From assembly GCA_965208675.1 (NCBI GenBank), contig OZ242351.1, positions 4,192,001-4,256,000 on the forward strand: a stretch of DNA of 64,000 nt. The letters run 5' to 3'. The notes beneath the pieces were generated by a model. The model was not told where the DNA came from. It ran no database searches and was given only the letters and a program-made list of their open reading frames with translations. The translations under genes and the position numbers were made by a program. Numbering within the stretch: the first letter of the stretch is position 1; every line of letters starts with the position of its first letter. The stretch is from Candidatus Poribacteria bacterium. Lineage in GTDB: Bacteria > Poribacteria > WGA-4E > PCPOR2b. This document shows positions 10,161-19,509 of this stretch, piece by piece.

Positions 10161-10838
10161 ATGCGTTTCCGCGGCAAACAGCAGAAGCATACAAGCCACT
10201 CCACGGCGGATTCCTATACGCACTTGCGTGAAGAGATGGTGCGCGCACAGATTGAAAGGCGTGGAATTAGAAACAACAATGTTTTGCAAGCGATGAGGAA
10301 AGTACCGCGGCATCTGTTCCTGAAGCGCGAATCTATCGACAGCGCTTACGAAGATCATGCGTTGTCAATTGACTGCGGACAGACAATGTCTCAGCCGTAC
10401 ATTGTTGCGCTCATGACCGACCAGCTCGGACTAGATCCGGAATCAAAGGTGCTTGAAATCGGTACCGGCTGTGGTTATCAGACCGCGGTTTTAGCGGAGA
10501 TTATTGATGAGGTATATACTGTTGAGATAATCCCTGAGTTGGCGGAGGCTGCGTGGAAGCGGTTAACGAAACTTGGCTATCAAAATATTCACAAGAAAAT
10601 CGGTAACGGATACTTCGGTTGGGAAGAGCATGCGCCTTTTGACCGGATAATCATTACCGCTGCTCCAAAAAAAGTGCCGGACAACCTCGTCGAACAGTTA
10701 ACGGCGGGCGGGCGGATGGTGGTTCCCGTCGGCGACTTCAATCAAGATTTGGTAATTGTTAGCAAAACAGTTCACGGATTTGAGCGTAAAAAGATTAGCG
10801 ACGTTCGGTTTGTTCCCATGACCTGCCCACCGGAATAG
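10161..10838 (+). CDS. pcm: Protein-L-isoaspartate(D-aspartate) O-methyltransferase
   Basis: VPRHLF, AYED..L.I..GQTMSQPYIVA.M, VLEIGTGCGYQTAVL, APFDRIIITAA, VRFVPM; GGAG RBS. Confidence 0.96.
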   Translation: MRFRGKQQKHTSHSTADSYTHLREEMVRAQIERRGIRNNNVLQAMRKVPRHLFLKRESIDSAYEDHALSIDCGQTMSQPYIVALMTDQLGLDPESKVLEIGTGCGYQTAVLAEIIDEVYTVEIIPELAEAAWKRLTKLGYQNIHKKIGNGYFGWEEHAPFDRIIITAAPKKVPDNLVEQLTAGGRMVVPVGDFNQDLVIVSKTVHGFERKKISDVRFVPMTCPPE

Positions 10839-10881
10839 CTATCTAGGGCGCAATCAGACTTGCCTGCGAAGACAGGATGAC

Positions 10882-11442
10882 ATGCTACAATCTCTCCTAC
10901 AAGAACTTCTCAAATTTCTTTCGACATCTGCGGGACACTGGACGCTGCTTGGCGTGGGTTCTTTTATTGCTTTCGCAACGCTCTACCATAAGAAGCGGCA
11001 GATTGAAGATTTCACGGTCAAAGTGATTGAAGATGATTCTTGGTTCATCAACCGCGACGATAACCATAGACTCGCGATTGTTGTCTCCCTTCATCTGATT
11101 AACAAATCCGGGGCTCCCGTCCATGTGTGGAAATGCAAGTTGAGCGGCTATACGCCCAGAGACAACCCGCCGCGGTTTGTACTGAATGGCTATGACAGAA
11201 CAATCGAACTCGAACACCCTAAGTACGACCATTTTTACGCCGGACAAGAATACGTCGTCAACCCGTACAGCGAGCAGCGAATGTGGGCGTATTATGAGTC
11301 GCGGGCAGTGACGTTAAGCAATTTACTGCGTGCTCCGATTGTCATCAAGGACGCGAATCGTAAACGAAAATCGGTGCCGGTTAAAATTCCCCGAAACGCA
11401 CAACAGATTGAACTTTATAACGAGGCATCAAGGCGGTGGTGA
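10882..11442 (+). CDS. Hypothetical protein with N-terminal membrane anchor and beta-rich soluble domain
   Basis: 186-aa ORF with AGGA RBS, co-oriented with pcm; hydrophobic stretch WTLLGVGSFIAFATLY. Confidence 0.7.
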   Translation: MLQSLLQELLKFLSTSAGHWTLLGVGSFIAFATLYHKKRQIEDFTVKVIEDDSWFINRDDNHRLAIVVSLHLINKSGAPVHVWKCKLSGYTPRDNPPRFVLNGYDRTIELEHPKYDHFYAGQEYVVNPYSEQRMWAYYESRAVTLSNLLRAPIVIKDANRKRKSVPVKIPRNAQQIELYNEASRRW

Positions 11443-11536
11443 TTGGGGAGAATTATGATGCGCACGTATCGATTGGTTCTAATATTTCTTCTTTGGCGAG
11501 ATTTGCAAGGTGGGCGAATTGTCCAACCGTCAACCG

Positions 11537-11825
11537 AATGTCACAAAACCTCACACCATGTCACAATTTGTGAGGCAGGTTGTGACATTTTTCTTTCTCG
11601 GTTAGAGATCTACGTGAACCCGCTTGTGGTACGGGTTTAAAGGAAATCGAATGAGATGAATTCGCGGTGCGGAATGTCACATTATATCACAATCTGTGAT
11701 GCAGGTTGTGATACGACAATTGGTCCGGCGGGATCGTCTTAAACCCGCTTGTGGTAAGGGTTTATATGATATTTTGATTTTTGAAAAATCATCGGATGTC
11801 ACAAAACCTCACAAAATGCCACACA
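11537..11825. repeat. Imperfect ~125-bp tandem duplication rich in TCACA/TGTGA motifs with AAACCC...GGGTTT hairpins
   Basis: TGTCACAAAACCTCACA at ~11539 and ~11797; TCACAAT(T/C)TGTGA(G/T)GCAGGTTGTGA at ~11561 and ~11687; AACCCGCTTGTGGTA(C/A)GGGTTT at ~11617 and ~11742. Confidence 0.8.
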
Positions 11826-11976
11826 TTTTGCCTGAATCTGGATTTACAAGACTGAATTAATTAGTTTCAATTTATAATCCGGATATTCCTTCTAACCTGA
11901 GCGTTTTCATTCAGAAACTCCACACCAAAGGTGTACGTCCCCCTCCACGAGAAAATAGCGCGCCTTAGTGTCTGTA

Positions 11977-12005
11977 ATTATATCGACACTTGTTTACGTT
12001 GTCAA
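11977..12005 (-). promoter_or_regulatory. Perfect sigma70 consensus promoter with no full-length downstream gene
   Basis: Minus strand TTGACA-acgtaaacaagtgtcga(17)-TATAAT. Confidence 0.7.
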
Positions 12006-12082
12006 GGTGTTTTTAACTGCGAGTTAAATCGGTTCCGCCAAAATCAATGCGGCATTCTGTCTGAATCAGGATTTGCAGGATT

Positions 12083-12341
12083 GTAGGTTGGGTTGAGCGG
12101 AATTCACGAAATAATGTACATGTTTACGTTCCGCTCTAAGAGCTTTACGACGAACAAAATCTGATGCACGGAGAACCCGAAGACCAGTTAGGACTATCGT
12201 GCTCCCAATTCAGTCGCTTGATCTATTCGTTCAGTTAATCGTTGGGTTACGCTATATCAATTGTAAGTTTTTATGCAATCAAGGCACGAAACGCATGCGA
12301 AATACCGAGATTTTTCGTCAACGCGGCATAACGCAACCTAC
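12083..12341. repeat. REPIN/MITE-like element bounded by GTAGGTTG...CAACCTAC inverted ends
   Basis: GTAGGTTGGGTTGAGCG at 12083 and ACGCAACCTAC ending at 12341. An internal segment (AGGACTATCG...ATCTATTCGT.CAGTTAATCG) is also present at ~10066-10101. Confidence 0.65.
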
Positions 12342-12383
12342 AAAATTTTTAAAGCGGCAGACAACGTGAAAACTTAGCGTAGT

Positions 12384-14216
12384 TCAAAACCGAAGATGCT
12401 TATTAAACCAATCGAGCGTCCGTGACCATCGATCTCGAATATGTTCCTTTTTGCGGAGACAATGCTCTTCCCCTTTGTAAACGATGTACTCAACTTTTTT
12501 GCCCGCGCTTCTAAGATAGGTGGCATAGAGTTCTGCGTCTTCTTGGTGGTCTAATTCCCCATTTAGAAGTAATACCGGTGCACTCACATTTTGAGCATAA
12601 GTAATCGGGGAAAGTTGTTTATATACGTTAGGCACTTCCCATGGCATCCCGTTTAACTCTTCAACGCAGACGGAAAGAGCCATCGTCTGGATTCCTATCC
12701 ACAGCCGATAGTCGTAAGTCCCTCCAATCAACGCTGCGGCGCGGAAGCACTTGCTATTGCCAATGGCGTATGCGCCAAGCGAGGCGCCGTTACTAAAGCC
12801 ATGAACACCAATTTTTTCCGGGTCGCAAAGATGGTCTTGAATTAACCACTCAACGCCAGACATAAAATCTTTATAATCGAGCTCGTCGGTCGGAGGCTGA
12901 CACCAGTTGTATTGCTGGCTACCACGCATAACCGGAGCGAAAACCTGGTATCCTTGAGCGGCTAACCAGTGCCATGCCGGCTCAAAAACATATTCTCCGC
13001 CAAGGGTGGGGCCACTGTGCAAATCGACAATTGTAGGATGGGTTTTCCCAATAGATTGTCCCTTTGGAGGCAGCAGCAAGCCCTCTAAGGTTAAGCCATC
13101 AAAAGACTTCCAGGAGACAACCTCAATGTTCGACAATTCATATTGAGCAATTATATCGCTGAATTGTGTGAGTTTCTTTCGCTGGTTGTCATTTCTTGAA
13201 AGCAGAAACAACTCAGCCAGCGTCTGAGGGCTTTCATGGCTGTACAGCAGCACATTTCCGTCCTTGCTGACACCGTGGATTTTGTTTGTGCCGAGTCGGT
13301 CTGAGATTTGTTCAGTTTTTCCTGTAATTATGTCAATGCTGAAAATACTTCTTGTCATACCATTTACACCGCTACAGTTCAGCGTTTGGCTATTAGGTAA
13401 CCAACGAATATCCGTCACATAGAATTCATCGCCCAACATGCGAATCTCTTTTTTATCTTTATCCATGAGACCGCACAGATGGCGGACTGCACTACCATAA
13501 GGATAGGGGCAATAGGAAAAAGCCAGTGTTCTCCCATCAGGAGCCCATGCGGGATTGGAAATTTCCCGTTTGCTCGGTTCGATTCGGGTCTGTTGTTGGT
13601 TAGTTTGAATGTCAATGTCAAACAAGCGATAGAAATAGTCGTAGATTCCCTCTTTTTCAAACCAACTTGCGACGGTAATTAGCCTTCCGTCCGGGTGCCA
13701 CCCAACAGAATCGAACCGTTCGCCAGGTTCTGATTCCGTTGAAAATATGACATCGCCCGTTACATAATCTATTATGTTCAACACGCTCCCGTGCAATGGC
13801 GGCGCCGGGCGAACGTTGATGATTGTATCAAAGTCGGGTATTTCTACGGTATCAGGTTTCGGAAACTGTTTTGAACTAACAGTAGCAAGAATTTGACCAT
13901 CGTGCGACCATTCAATCAAGTTAACATGTCCAATCTGAGGACTAACTTGACGGTCTGATTGGTCTGCGGTGTAAATCCAGATGCCGTTGGTCTCCGGTTT
14001 TCGGAAGGCAAACGTCCGTGGATTGACCGGTGACCATTTTGGCAGAGTCCCATCAAAAAGCGCTATATCGGTGCCCATGGCAACTTCAATGAGGTGAATC
14101 CGGCCTTCAAAGACGTAAGCAACACGATTGCCGTCGCATGACAAATCGCTTGACCCAACCCTTGAATATGGGGACGACACTACATCATCAAGAGAGATTG
14201 GTCTATGCTTATTCAT
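12384..14216 (-). CDS. S9 (prolyl oligopeptidase/acylaminoacyl peptidase) family serine peptidase with N-terminal beta-propeller
   Basis: WSP/WAPDG propeller repeats; LHSGP oxyanion motif, GFSNG nucleophile, GELD, GEEH. Confidence 0.9.
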   Translation of the reverse strand: MNKHRPISLDDVVSSPYSRVGSSDLSCDGNRVAYVFEGRIHLIEVAMGTDIALFDGTLPKWSPVNPRTFAFRKPETNGIWIYTADQSDRQVSPQIGHVNLIEWSHDGQILATVSSKQFPKPDTVEIPDFDTIINVRPAPPLHGSVLNIIDYVTGDVIFSTESEPGERFDSVGWHPDGRLITVASWFEKEGIYDYFYRLFDIDIQTNQQQTRIEPSKREISNPAWAPDGRTLAFSYCPYPYGSAVRHLCGLMDKDKKEIRMLGDEFYVTDIRWLPNSQTLNCSGVNGMTRSIFSIDIITGKTEQISDRLGTNKIHGVSKDGNVLLYSHESPQTLAELFLLSRNDNQRKKLTQFSDIIAQYELSNIEVVSWKSFDGLTLEGLLLPPKGQSIGKTHPTIVDLHSGPTLGGEYVFEPAWHWLAAQGYQVFAPVMRGSQQYNWCQPPTDELDYKDFMSGVEWLIQDHLCDPEKIGVHGFSNGASLGAYAIGNSKCFRAAALIGGTYDYRLWIGIQTMALSVCVEELNGMPWEVPNVYKQLSPITYAQNVSAPVLLLNGELDHQEDAELYATYLRSAGKKVEYIVYKGEEHCLRKKEHIRDRWSRTLDWFNKHLRF

Positions 14217-14392
14217 ATCAGTCCTTTGGCACTTGTTATATTAAGCCCTGAATTTCGCGGGTTGAAGTGAGCTGTTCATTCGGGTTAGAAAGCTTCCATA
14301 ACGAATAGTGGTGTGCCATTTAAACTTCAAATACGTTGGTGAGGGTAGGAGTAAGAAGTTTGCTGTCCGTTGGAAGTTATGTTAAATTAAAC

Positions 14393-15283
14393 CTATTTTC
14401 GGCGCGAGAGATATGATGACAGGGCGTAATCGAATGGCGTTGATGTGTCGATTTGTACGTAGTCAATTAAGCTGGAACCGCATCCCCGCCGATAATCTTG
14501 AATGAATGATTTGAGTTGTTCTAGATAACCGGTTTTAAGCGCCTCCGACTGCGTTTGCAGTGTTTTGCCTGTCTCCATATCTTGGAAGACTACGGGCCCT
14601 TCGAACGGAAATGTCATCTCTGCGCTATCAAGCAAGTGAAAAACGATGACCTCGTGCTTACGATGGCGGAAATGCTTGAGCGCGGAAAGCACCTCGGACG
14701 GCTGGTCAAGGAAGTCGGAGATGACAATCACTAATCCGCGGCGAACAATCCGCTTGGCGAGTTCGTGAAGGATAGCGCTGATATTCGTCTCATTTCCCGC
14801 TTGCGCTTTTTCGAGGACAGACATGATAGCGTGCAAATGGGGCGCTGCCCCTCGAGGCGGAATGTAGTTTCGGATATTTGAGTCGAAAATCGCCAATCCG
14901 ACTGAATCTCGTTGTTTTAGCATTAGGTAGGAAAGCGACGCAGCGAGGTAGCAACCGTACTCAAACTTGGTTAGCGTTTTCTCATCGTATTTATAGTTCA
15001 TAGAGCCGCTCGCATCGAGCAATATATAGGTACGGAGGTTTGTTTCTTCTTCAAATTTTTTGACATAGTAGCGATCCGATTTTCCGTACACTTTCCAATC
15101 AATATAACGGATTTCGTCGCCGGGCATGTATTGGCGATGTTCGGCAAATTCAACACTGAAGCCTTGATAGGGGCTTTTGTGCAGACCCGTGATGAAACCC
15201 TCCACGACAAGACGAGCAACTAACTCCATGTCGCCCAATCGAGACAGCGCGACCGGATCTAGGTATTTATGAGATGTTCTCAT
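14393..15283 (-). CDS. DUF58 (vWA-like, MoxR-associated) protein
   Basis: GLHKSPYQGFSVEFAEHRQYMPGDEIRYIDWK, EEETN, LDASGSM, VISDF. Confidence 0.93.
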   Translation of the reverse strand: MRTSHKYLDPVALSRLGDMELVARLVVEGFITGLHKSPYQGFSVEFAEHRQYMPGDEIRYIDWKVYGKSDRYYVKKFEEETNLRTYILLDASGSMNYKYDEKTLTKFEYGCYLAASLSYLMLKQRDSVGLAIFDSNIRNYIPPRGAAPHLHAIMSVLEKAQAGNETNISAILHELAKRIVRRGLVIVISDFLDQPSEVLSALKHFRHRKHEVIVFHLLDSAEMTFPFEGPVVFQDMETGKTLQTQSEALKTGYLEQLKSFIQDYRRGCGSSLIDYVQIDTSTPFDYALSSYLSRRK

Positions 15284-15321
15284 TGTGACTCCAAAATTAT
15301 TGACAATTGAAAAGATGCGGC

Positions 15322-16176
15322 CTACGGCTCTGTCGATTGATTATTGGCGGTTTCTTCAAGCTGATGATTTAACCTTTCTACGTAACGCCTCGCCGTTGAA
15401 AAGACCATGTCCAACGTTGCGATATCGCGTGCTTCGAGACGGGTGCGTGAAAATACGCGCCTCAACGAGCGCAGATACGTCTCCCAATCATGATTGTACG
15501 GCGAAACGCCAATTAGATTCAGTAGTTCAATTACGCGATTGTAAAACGCTTCAACCTCACCTATCTCAGCATAATTCAGTTCGGCGGGTGGAATATCGCC
15601 TGCACTAGCGAGGAAGATTTCGTAGGCGAAGATTTGTACAGCTTGCGCTAAGTTCAAAGATGGGTTTTTGGTCGCCATCGGTATGCTCGCCGTCAATTGG
15701 CAACGGCTAATGTGATGGGTGGATAAGCCAAAATCCTCACGGCCGAAAAGCAGCGCGACCGGTTGGTTTTGAGAAATTGCGGCAATCTCGTGTGCCGCTT
15801 CTCTTGCGGGTGCGGCGGGTGGCAACTTGGGGTCGCGGAGCCGATGGGTTGTGCCAACTACAAAGTGAATTCCACCGAGCGCCTCTTCAATCGTTTCGAC
15901 GACGCAGCAGTTTTCGACAATTTCGGCGGCGCCGTGTGCCATATACCATGTTGCGTCGACATCCAAAAATGGTACGGGGTTTACCAGATAGAACTGCGAC
16001 AATCCCATTCCTTTTATCACGCGAGCGACGGATCCAATATTGCCCGGCTCTCTCGGCTCAAGCAGGATGATTCTAATGTTTTTCAGATTGCTCGGCACGT
16101 TTACATCTATGGCACGGTAACGAGCGGTAGATTCGGTTGGCTGCGGTTCATCGGTAAAATTGGGGTTTGTTGTCAT
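15322..16176 (-). CDS. SPOUT tRNA/rRNA methyltransferase, TrmH family (TrmJ/LasT-like)
   Basis: IILLEP..PGNIGSVAR, LLFGREDFGLS, PSLNLAQAV.IFAYE. Confidence 0.9.
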   Translation of the reverse strand: MTTNPNFTDEPQPTESTARYRAIDVNVPSNLKNIRIILLEPREPGNIGSVARVIKGMGLSQFYLVNPVPFLDVDATWYMAHGAAEIVENCCVVETIEEALGGIHFVVGTTHRLRDPKLPPAAPAREAAHEIAAISQNQPVALLFGREDFGLSTHHISRCQLTASIPMATKNPSLNLAQAVQIFAYEIFLASAGDIPPAELNYAEIGEVEAFYNRVIELLNLIGVSPYNHDWETYLRSLRRVFSRTRLEARDIATLDMVFSTARRYVERLNHQLEETANNQSTEP

Positions 16177-16423
16177 CAGGAGGTTTTTGCGTTAATTTAC
16201 ACCAGCCGCGGAGATGGTTTACACATTACTCTTGTATCAATTAGGTTTTGGTAATGCAAGCCGACAGGCTTGGAGAAGCAGTTTCGATATGAGGCTCGGT
16301 TAAAGAAACCGTGATTTCAAGAAAAATCTCGGTTTCAAATTACATTTTTTATGATAAACGAGCAATGGAGTAATTGGGACACCGGGGTTTACTATTGGTT
16401 GAGGCGAATCTACTTTATTATTT

Positions 16424-19051
16424 TTATTTTTTATTTGTCTCGCTGTCCTGCTCGCCCCATGATGCATAGTAAATGGCGTTAAACAACAGCTTAAACGTCC
16501 CTTGGGATTGCGCGCGGTGCTGAGGCTTGAAGCCGAATAAGATGATATGCCCTTCTCCAAGTTTGACATCCCAGAGCGCGCCTTTTCGTCGGATGCGTTT
16601 GTCGCCCTGGATCCAGCCGCTCATGAGCGGATTAAAGTCAGGATAGGAGGCAACGGGCTTCCCGCCTCTCGCCTCAAGAGCTGGTCCTGACTTGAAAAAT
16701 ACCGCCATTTCACGATCTAGTCCATACCCAATCGGATGCGTTGTATCGACGAAAACACGCAGCAGCGATCCGGGACAGAAGAATGGATCAGGATTGGTTG
16801 CCTGCTGAGTGGCTTCGCTGGGCGGATCAAGAGCGTCATTAATGTCTAGTCCGAAATAACGCCCTGGAAGCTGCGACGCGCGGTTCAGACAGATGAGGGT
16901 GCCACCGTTTTCAACGAAGGTACGAAGATTAGCGGCGCCCCCCAACCCGATTCCGCCGACATATTCTGGCGGTAATGCGCCTTCAGCGTGACCGTTAATC
17001 ATTTTTGATGGGTTCATATCGGGCAGGATAATTGCATCGTATCGATTTTCTAAATCGCCGGATCGAATCTCAGCATCGGTTAGGCTGCGATAGGGGAATT
17101 CGTGCTGGTCTAGCACCCAGCGAGTCCAACCTTCATCCATACTGGCGACCCAAGGTTTGTAGAGCCCGATGCGCGGCTGCGTTAATTTCACATCCGGATC
17201 TTTGTCAGGCAGAACAGCCAACGCCTGGATTTCAATTCCTAAGGAATGAGCGAGTTCTTGAAGATTGGTTGACGCAAGCTGTGGAATTTCTGTCGTCGTG
17301 ATTAAAATAGATCCGCGTGAGAAATTTTGACCGCCTATTGAATGTGCTTTAGGCGACCAGTAGAGCGTGTATCCTTCCGAGGATAGCAATCGATTGAGTG
17401 CAATAGTCTCTGCGTTTGTGTGGTTTTTGAAAAGATACCCCACAGGGTCAGATACTGTGTGTAATCGTCCCTGCAATTTTGGAATTTCTTCCACTCGAAT
17501 GAGATTCGCGTCGAAGTCGTCAACGACCGTGATTACTTTGACGCCCATCTGTAACGGGAGCGTCCAGCCAGCGATGTCATACGGACGTTCGGGCGGCGCG
17601 TTGGGACCCGCGCGGCGTTCTGGATATTTCTGCACTTCTAGCAAATCTTTGGCATGTCCGCGAAACGGCTGCGCCATCGAAATTACGTAGGTGCCCGCAG
17701 GGTATTCGACGCCATCCGCAGAAAAGTTTGCATTTGCCCGATGAATCTCTACGCCGCCATGCTGCAAGATTCTTAGCATATTTAGCGCGTTATTGGGATC
17801 GCGTTGGTTAAGCGGCACAAGAAATGCGCGCGGCGGTTCACTGTTCCCCTTTTCCACCGCAATGCGTCCCATTTTGACGAAATTTGAGAGGAACATCGTC
17901 TTATGTTTGGCAACGCACGATAGAATTGAAAACGACGCAGACAGTTCATAGTCCATGATGTTACGTAACCGCCACCAACCGCCGGGCCACGGTTCGGGGA
18001 AGTTGGTCTGCAGTGAATACTTACCGAGACCGCGTCGATGCCCCTTCAATGCGCTTCTAGGTTGAAAGATTGGCGAAGCGATGTTTACCCTTGCAGCTTC
18101 GCTCAGAATTCCGACCATGTTGTGGCGATAGGGTACGGTACGGAATCCTCCGTGCCACCACATGTCGTACACCGCATTGGAGAGAACACCGGTGAATCCC
18201 TGCGAAGTGAGATCCAGCGCGATTTGTGCACCGATCAGGGAGAGTTCGCGCTGTAGAATCGGGTGGATATTGGGATTTACGGGATCGAAATATGGGGGGA
18301 TGACAAACCGTGCGCCTCTATTGCCCATCTCGTGAACATCGTAGACGACTTCAGGAAACCATTCCTCATAAAGGATTCGGGTTACGATTTGCGTCTCAAT
18401 CTGCGTCAGCATGAACCAATCACGGTTGTTATCGTGGCCGGTGTATTTGTGGTATAGCCAAGGCATGGGCGAACCCTCGTACGGCGTGCCGACGCAGCGA
18501 TTGTACCAATCGATGACCATGTTCAACCCGTCAGGATTCGAAGAAGGAATTAGCAGAATAATCACATTTTCGAGAATTTCTTGGATCTGCTGCGTATTTT
18601 CCGTCGCGAGCCGAAAGGCGAGTTCCATAGACATCTGTGACGATGCAATCTCTGTCGAGTGTAAATTGCAGTTAATTAGAACCACAGCTTTGCCTTCACG
18701 GCAAAGCTGGTCCAATTTGGATGCGTCCTGTCCGCGCGGATCGGCGAGTTTTCCCTGAATCGCTTTGAAGTGTTCCCGGTTCGCCAAATTTTCTGGCGAC
18801 GATATTAACACGAGGGCAAAATCGTGTCCTTCCGTGGTTTTGCCGCGATTCTCCAGAATTACCCGATCAGAAACCTCGGCTAATTGTTTCAGATAATCTG
18901 TAATTGACTCCCAACGTGCCAATTTGTAGTCGTCGCCGACAGGGAAGCCAAGCACATCTTCTGGGCTGCTAATCTCGGCCTCTGCGGAAGCAAACGCGAG
19001 AAATAGAGTGACGACACCAATGAAAAGTTGGAAATAAGCGTGACGTAACAT
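16424..19051 (-). CDS. Secreted M14 zinc carboxypeptidase-family protein with C-terminal GATase-like domain (start ATG 19051 inferred)
   Basis: Signal peptide; NLHSTE, NPDG, HDNNRD, YDVHEM; PYDIAGWTLP; DEGWTRW. Confidence 0.88.
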   Translation of the reverse strand: MLRHAYFQLFIGVVTLFLAFASAEAEISSPEDVLGFPVGDDYKLARWESITDYLKQLAEVSDRVILENRGKTTEGHDFALVLISSPENLANREHFKAIQGKLADPRGQDASKLDQLCREGKAVVLINCNLHSTEIASSQMSMELAFRLATENTQQIQEILENVIILLIPSSNPDGLNMVIDWYNRCVGTPYEGSPMPWLYHKYTGHDNNRDWFMLTQIETQIVTRILYEEWFPEVVYDVHEMGNRGARFVIPPYFDPVNPNIHPILQRELSLIGAQIALDLTSQGFTGVLSNAVYDMWWHGGFRTVPYRHNMVGILSEAARVNIASPIFQPRSALKGHRRGLGKYSLQTNFPEPWPGGWWRLRNIMDYELSASFSILSCVAKHKTMFLSNFVKMGRIAVEKGNSEPPRAFLVPLNQRDPNNALNMLRILQHGGVEIHRANANFSADGVEYPAGTYVISMAQPFRGHAKDLLEVQKYPERRAGPNAPPERPYDIAGWTLPLQMGVKVITVVDDFDANLIRVEEIPKLQGRLHTVSDPVGYLFKNHTNAETIALNRLLSSEGYTLYWSPKAHSIGGQNFSRGSILITTTEIPQLASTNLQELAHSLGIEIQALAVLPDKDPDVKLTQPRIGLYKPWVASMDEGWTRWVLDQHEFPYRSLTDAEIRSGDLENRYDAIILPDMNPSKMINGHAEGALPPEYVGGIGLGGAANLRTFVENGGTLICLNRASQLPGRYFGLDINDALDPPSEATQQATNPDPFFCPGSLLRVFVDTTHPIGYGLDREMAVFFKSGPALEARGGKPVASYPDFNPLMSGWIQGDKRIRRKGALWDVKLGEGHIILFGFKPQHRAQSQGTFKLLFNAIYYASWGEQDSETNKK

Positions 19052-19215
19052 TGTGCTCAATAATCCAATCCTCCTTCGCACACGAAACGCTTCAGATTTA
19101 TTACTGCTGAAATTGTACCACATAGTCGACCTCAGCACCAACCCTTAGCAAGATGACTTGGTTGAATGGCATTTAATTGGTAACCAAGCCGTTCGCACAA
19201 TTAATGATGCAAAAG

Positions 19216-19509
19216 CCAACCTACAAGAACTGTGATTTTTGTGATTAAATGATGGATTATGATTAATTTGAGTCATTTAGGTGCATATATACACAAGGAG
19301 TGATTGAAAATCGAGGCTGGGAAGCCTCTCGCACAGCGCGATGAGTCAATGATTATTTCTGGTAATCGAGCTTGATAGGGTTGCGTGAGGGTACAAAAGA
19401 GTTGGGTTTCGCTCCGCGTGTATTTACAATAACATTATTAGAAATTCGGAACGTTAAATGCTGCCTGAACCGTTTTGGAAGTACCCGCTCTACCCAACCT
19501 ACAAGAACT
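19216..19509. repeat. Cluster of REP-like elements
   Basis: CCAACCTACAAGAACT at 19216 and 19494; ATCGAGGCTGGGAAGCCTCTC hairpin at 19310-19330, with a similar copy at 35191-35215. Confidence 0.65.

Noticed and set aside
11494-11507. TGGCGAGATTTGCA as a sigma54 promoter
   Set aside because: GG-to-GC spacing is 8 bp, not 10, and there is no downstream gene.
11537-11825. Possible CRISPR array
   Set aside because: Only 2-3 degenerate units, no constant repeat with unique spacers, and no cas genes nearby.
12384-14216. S9 peptidase as a genomic island
   Set aside because: It looks somewhat AT-richer and is flanked by repeats on one side, but there is no integrase, tRNA or target duplication; composition was not computed.
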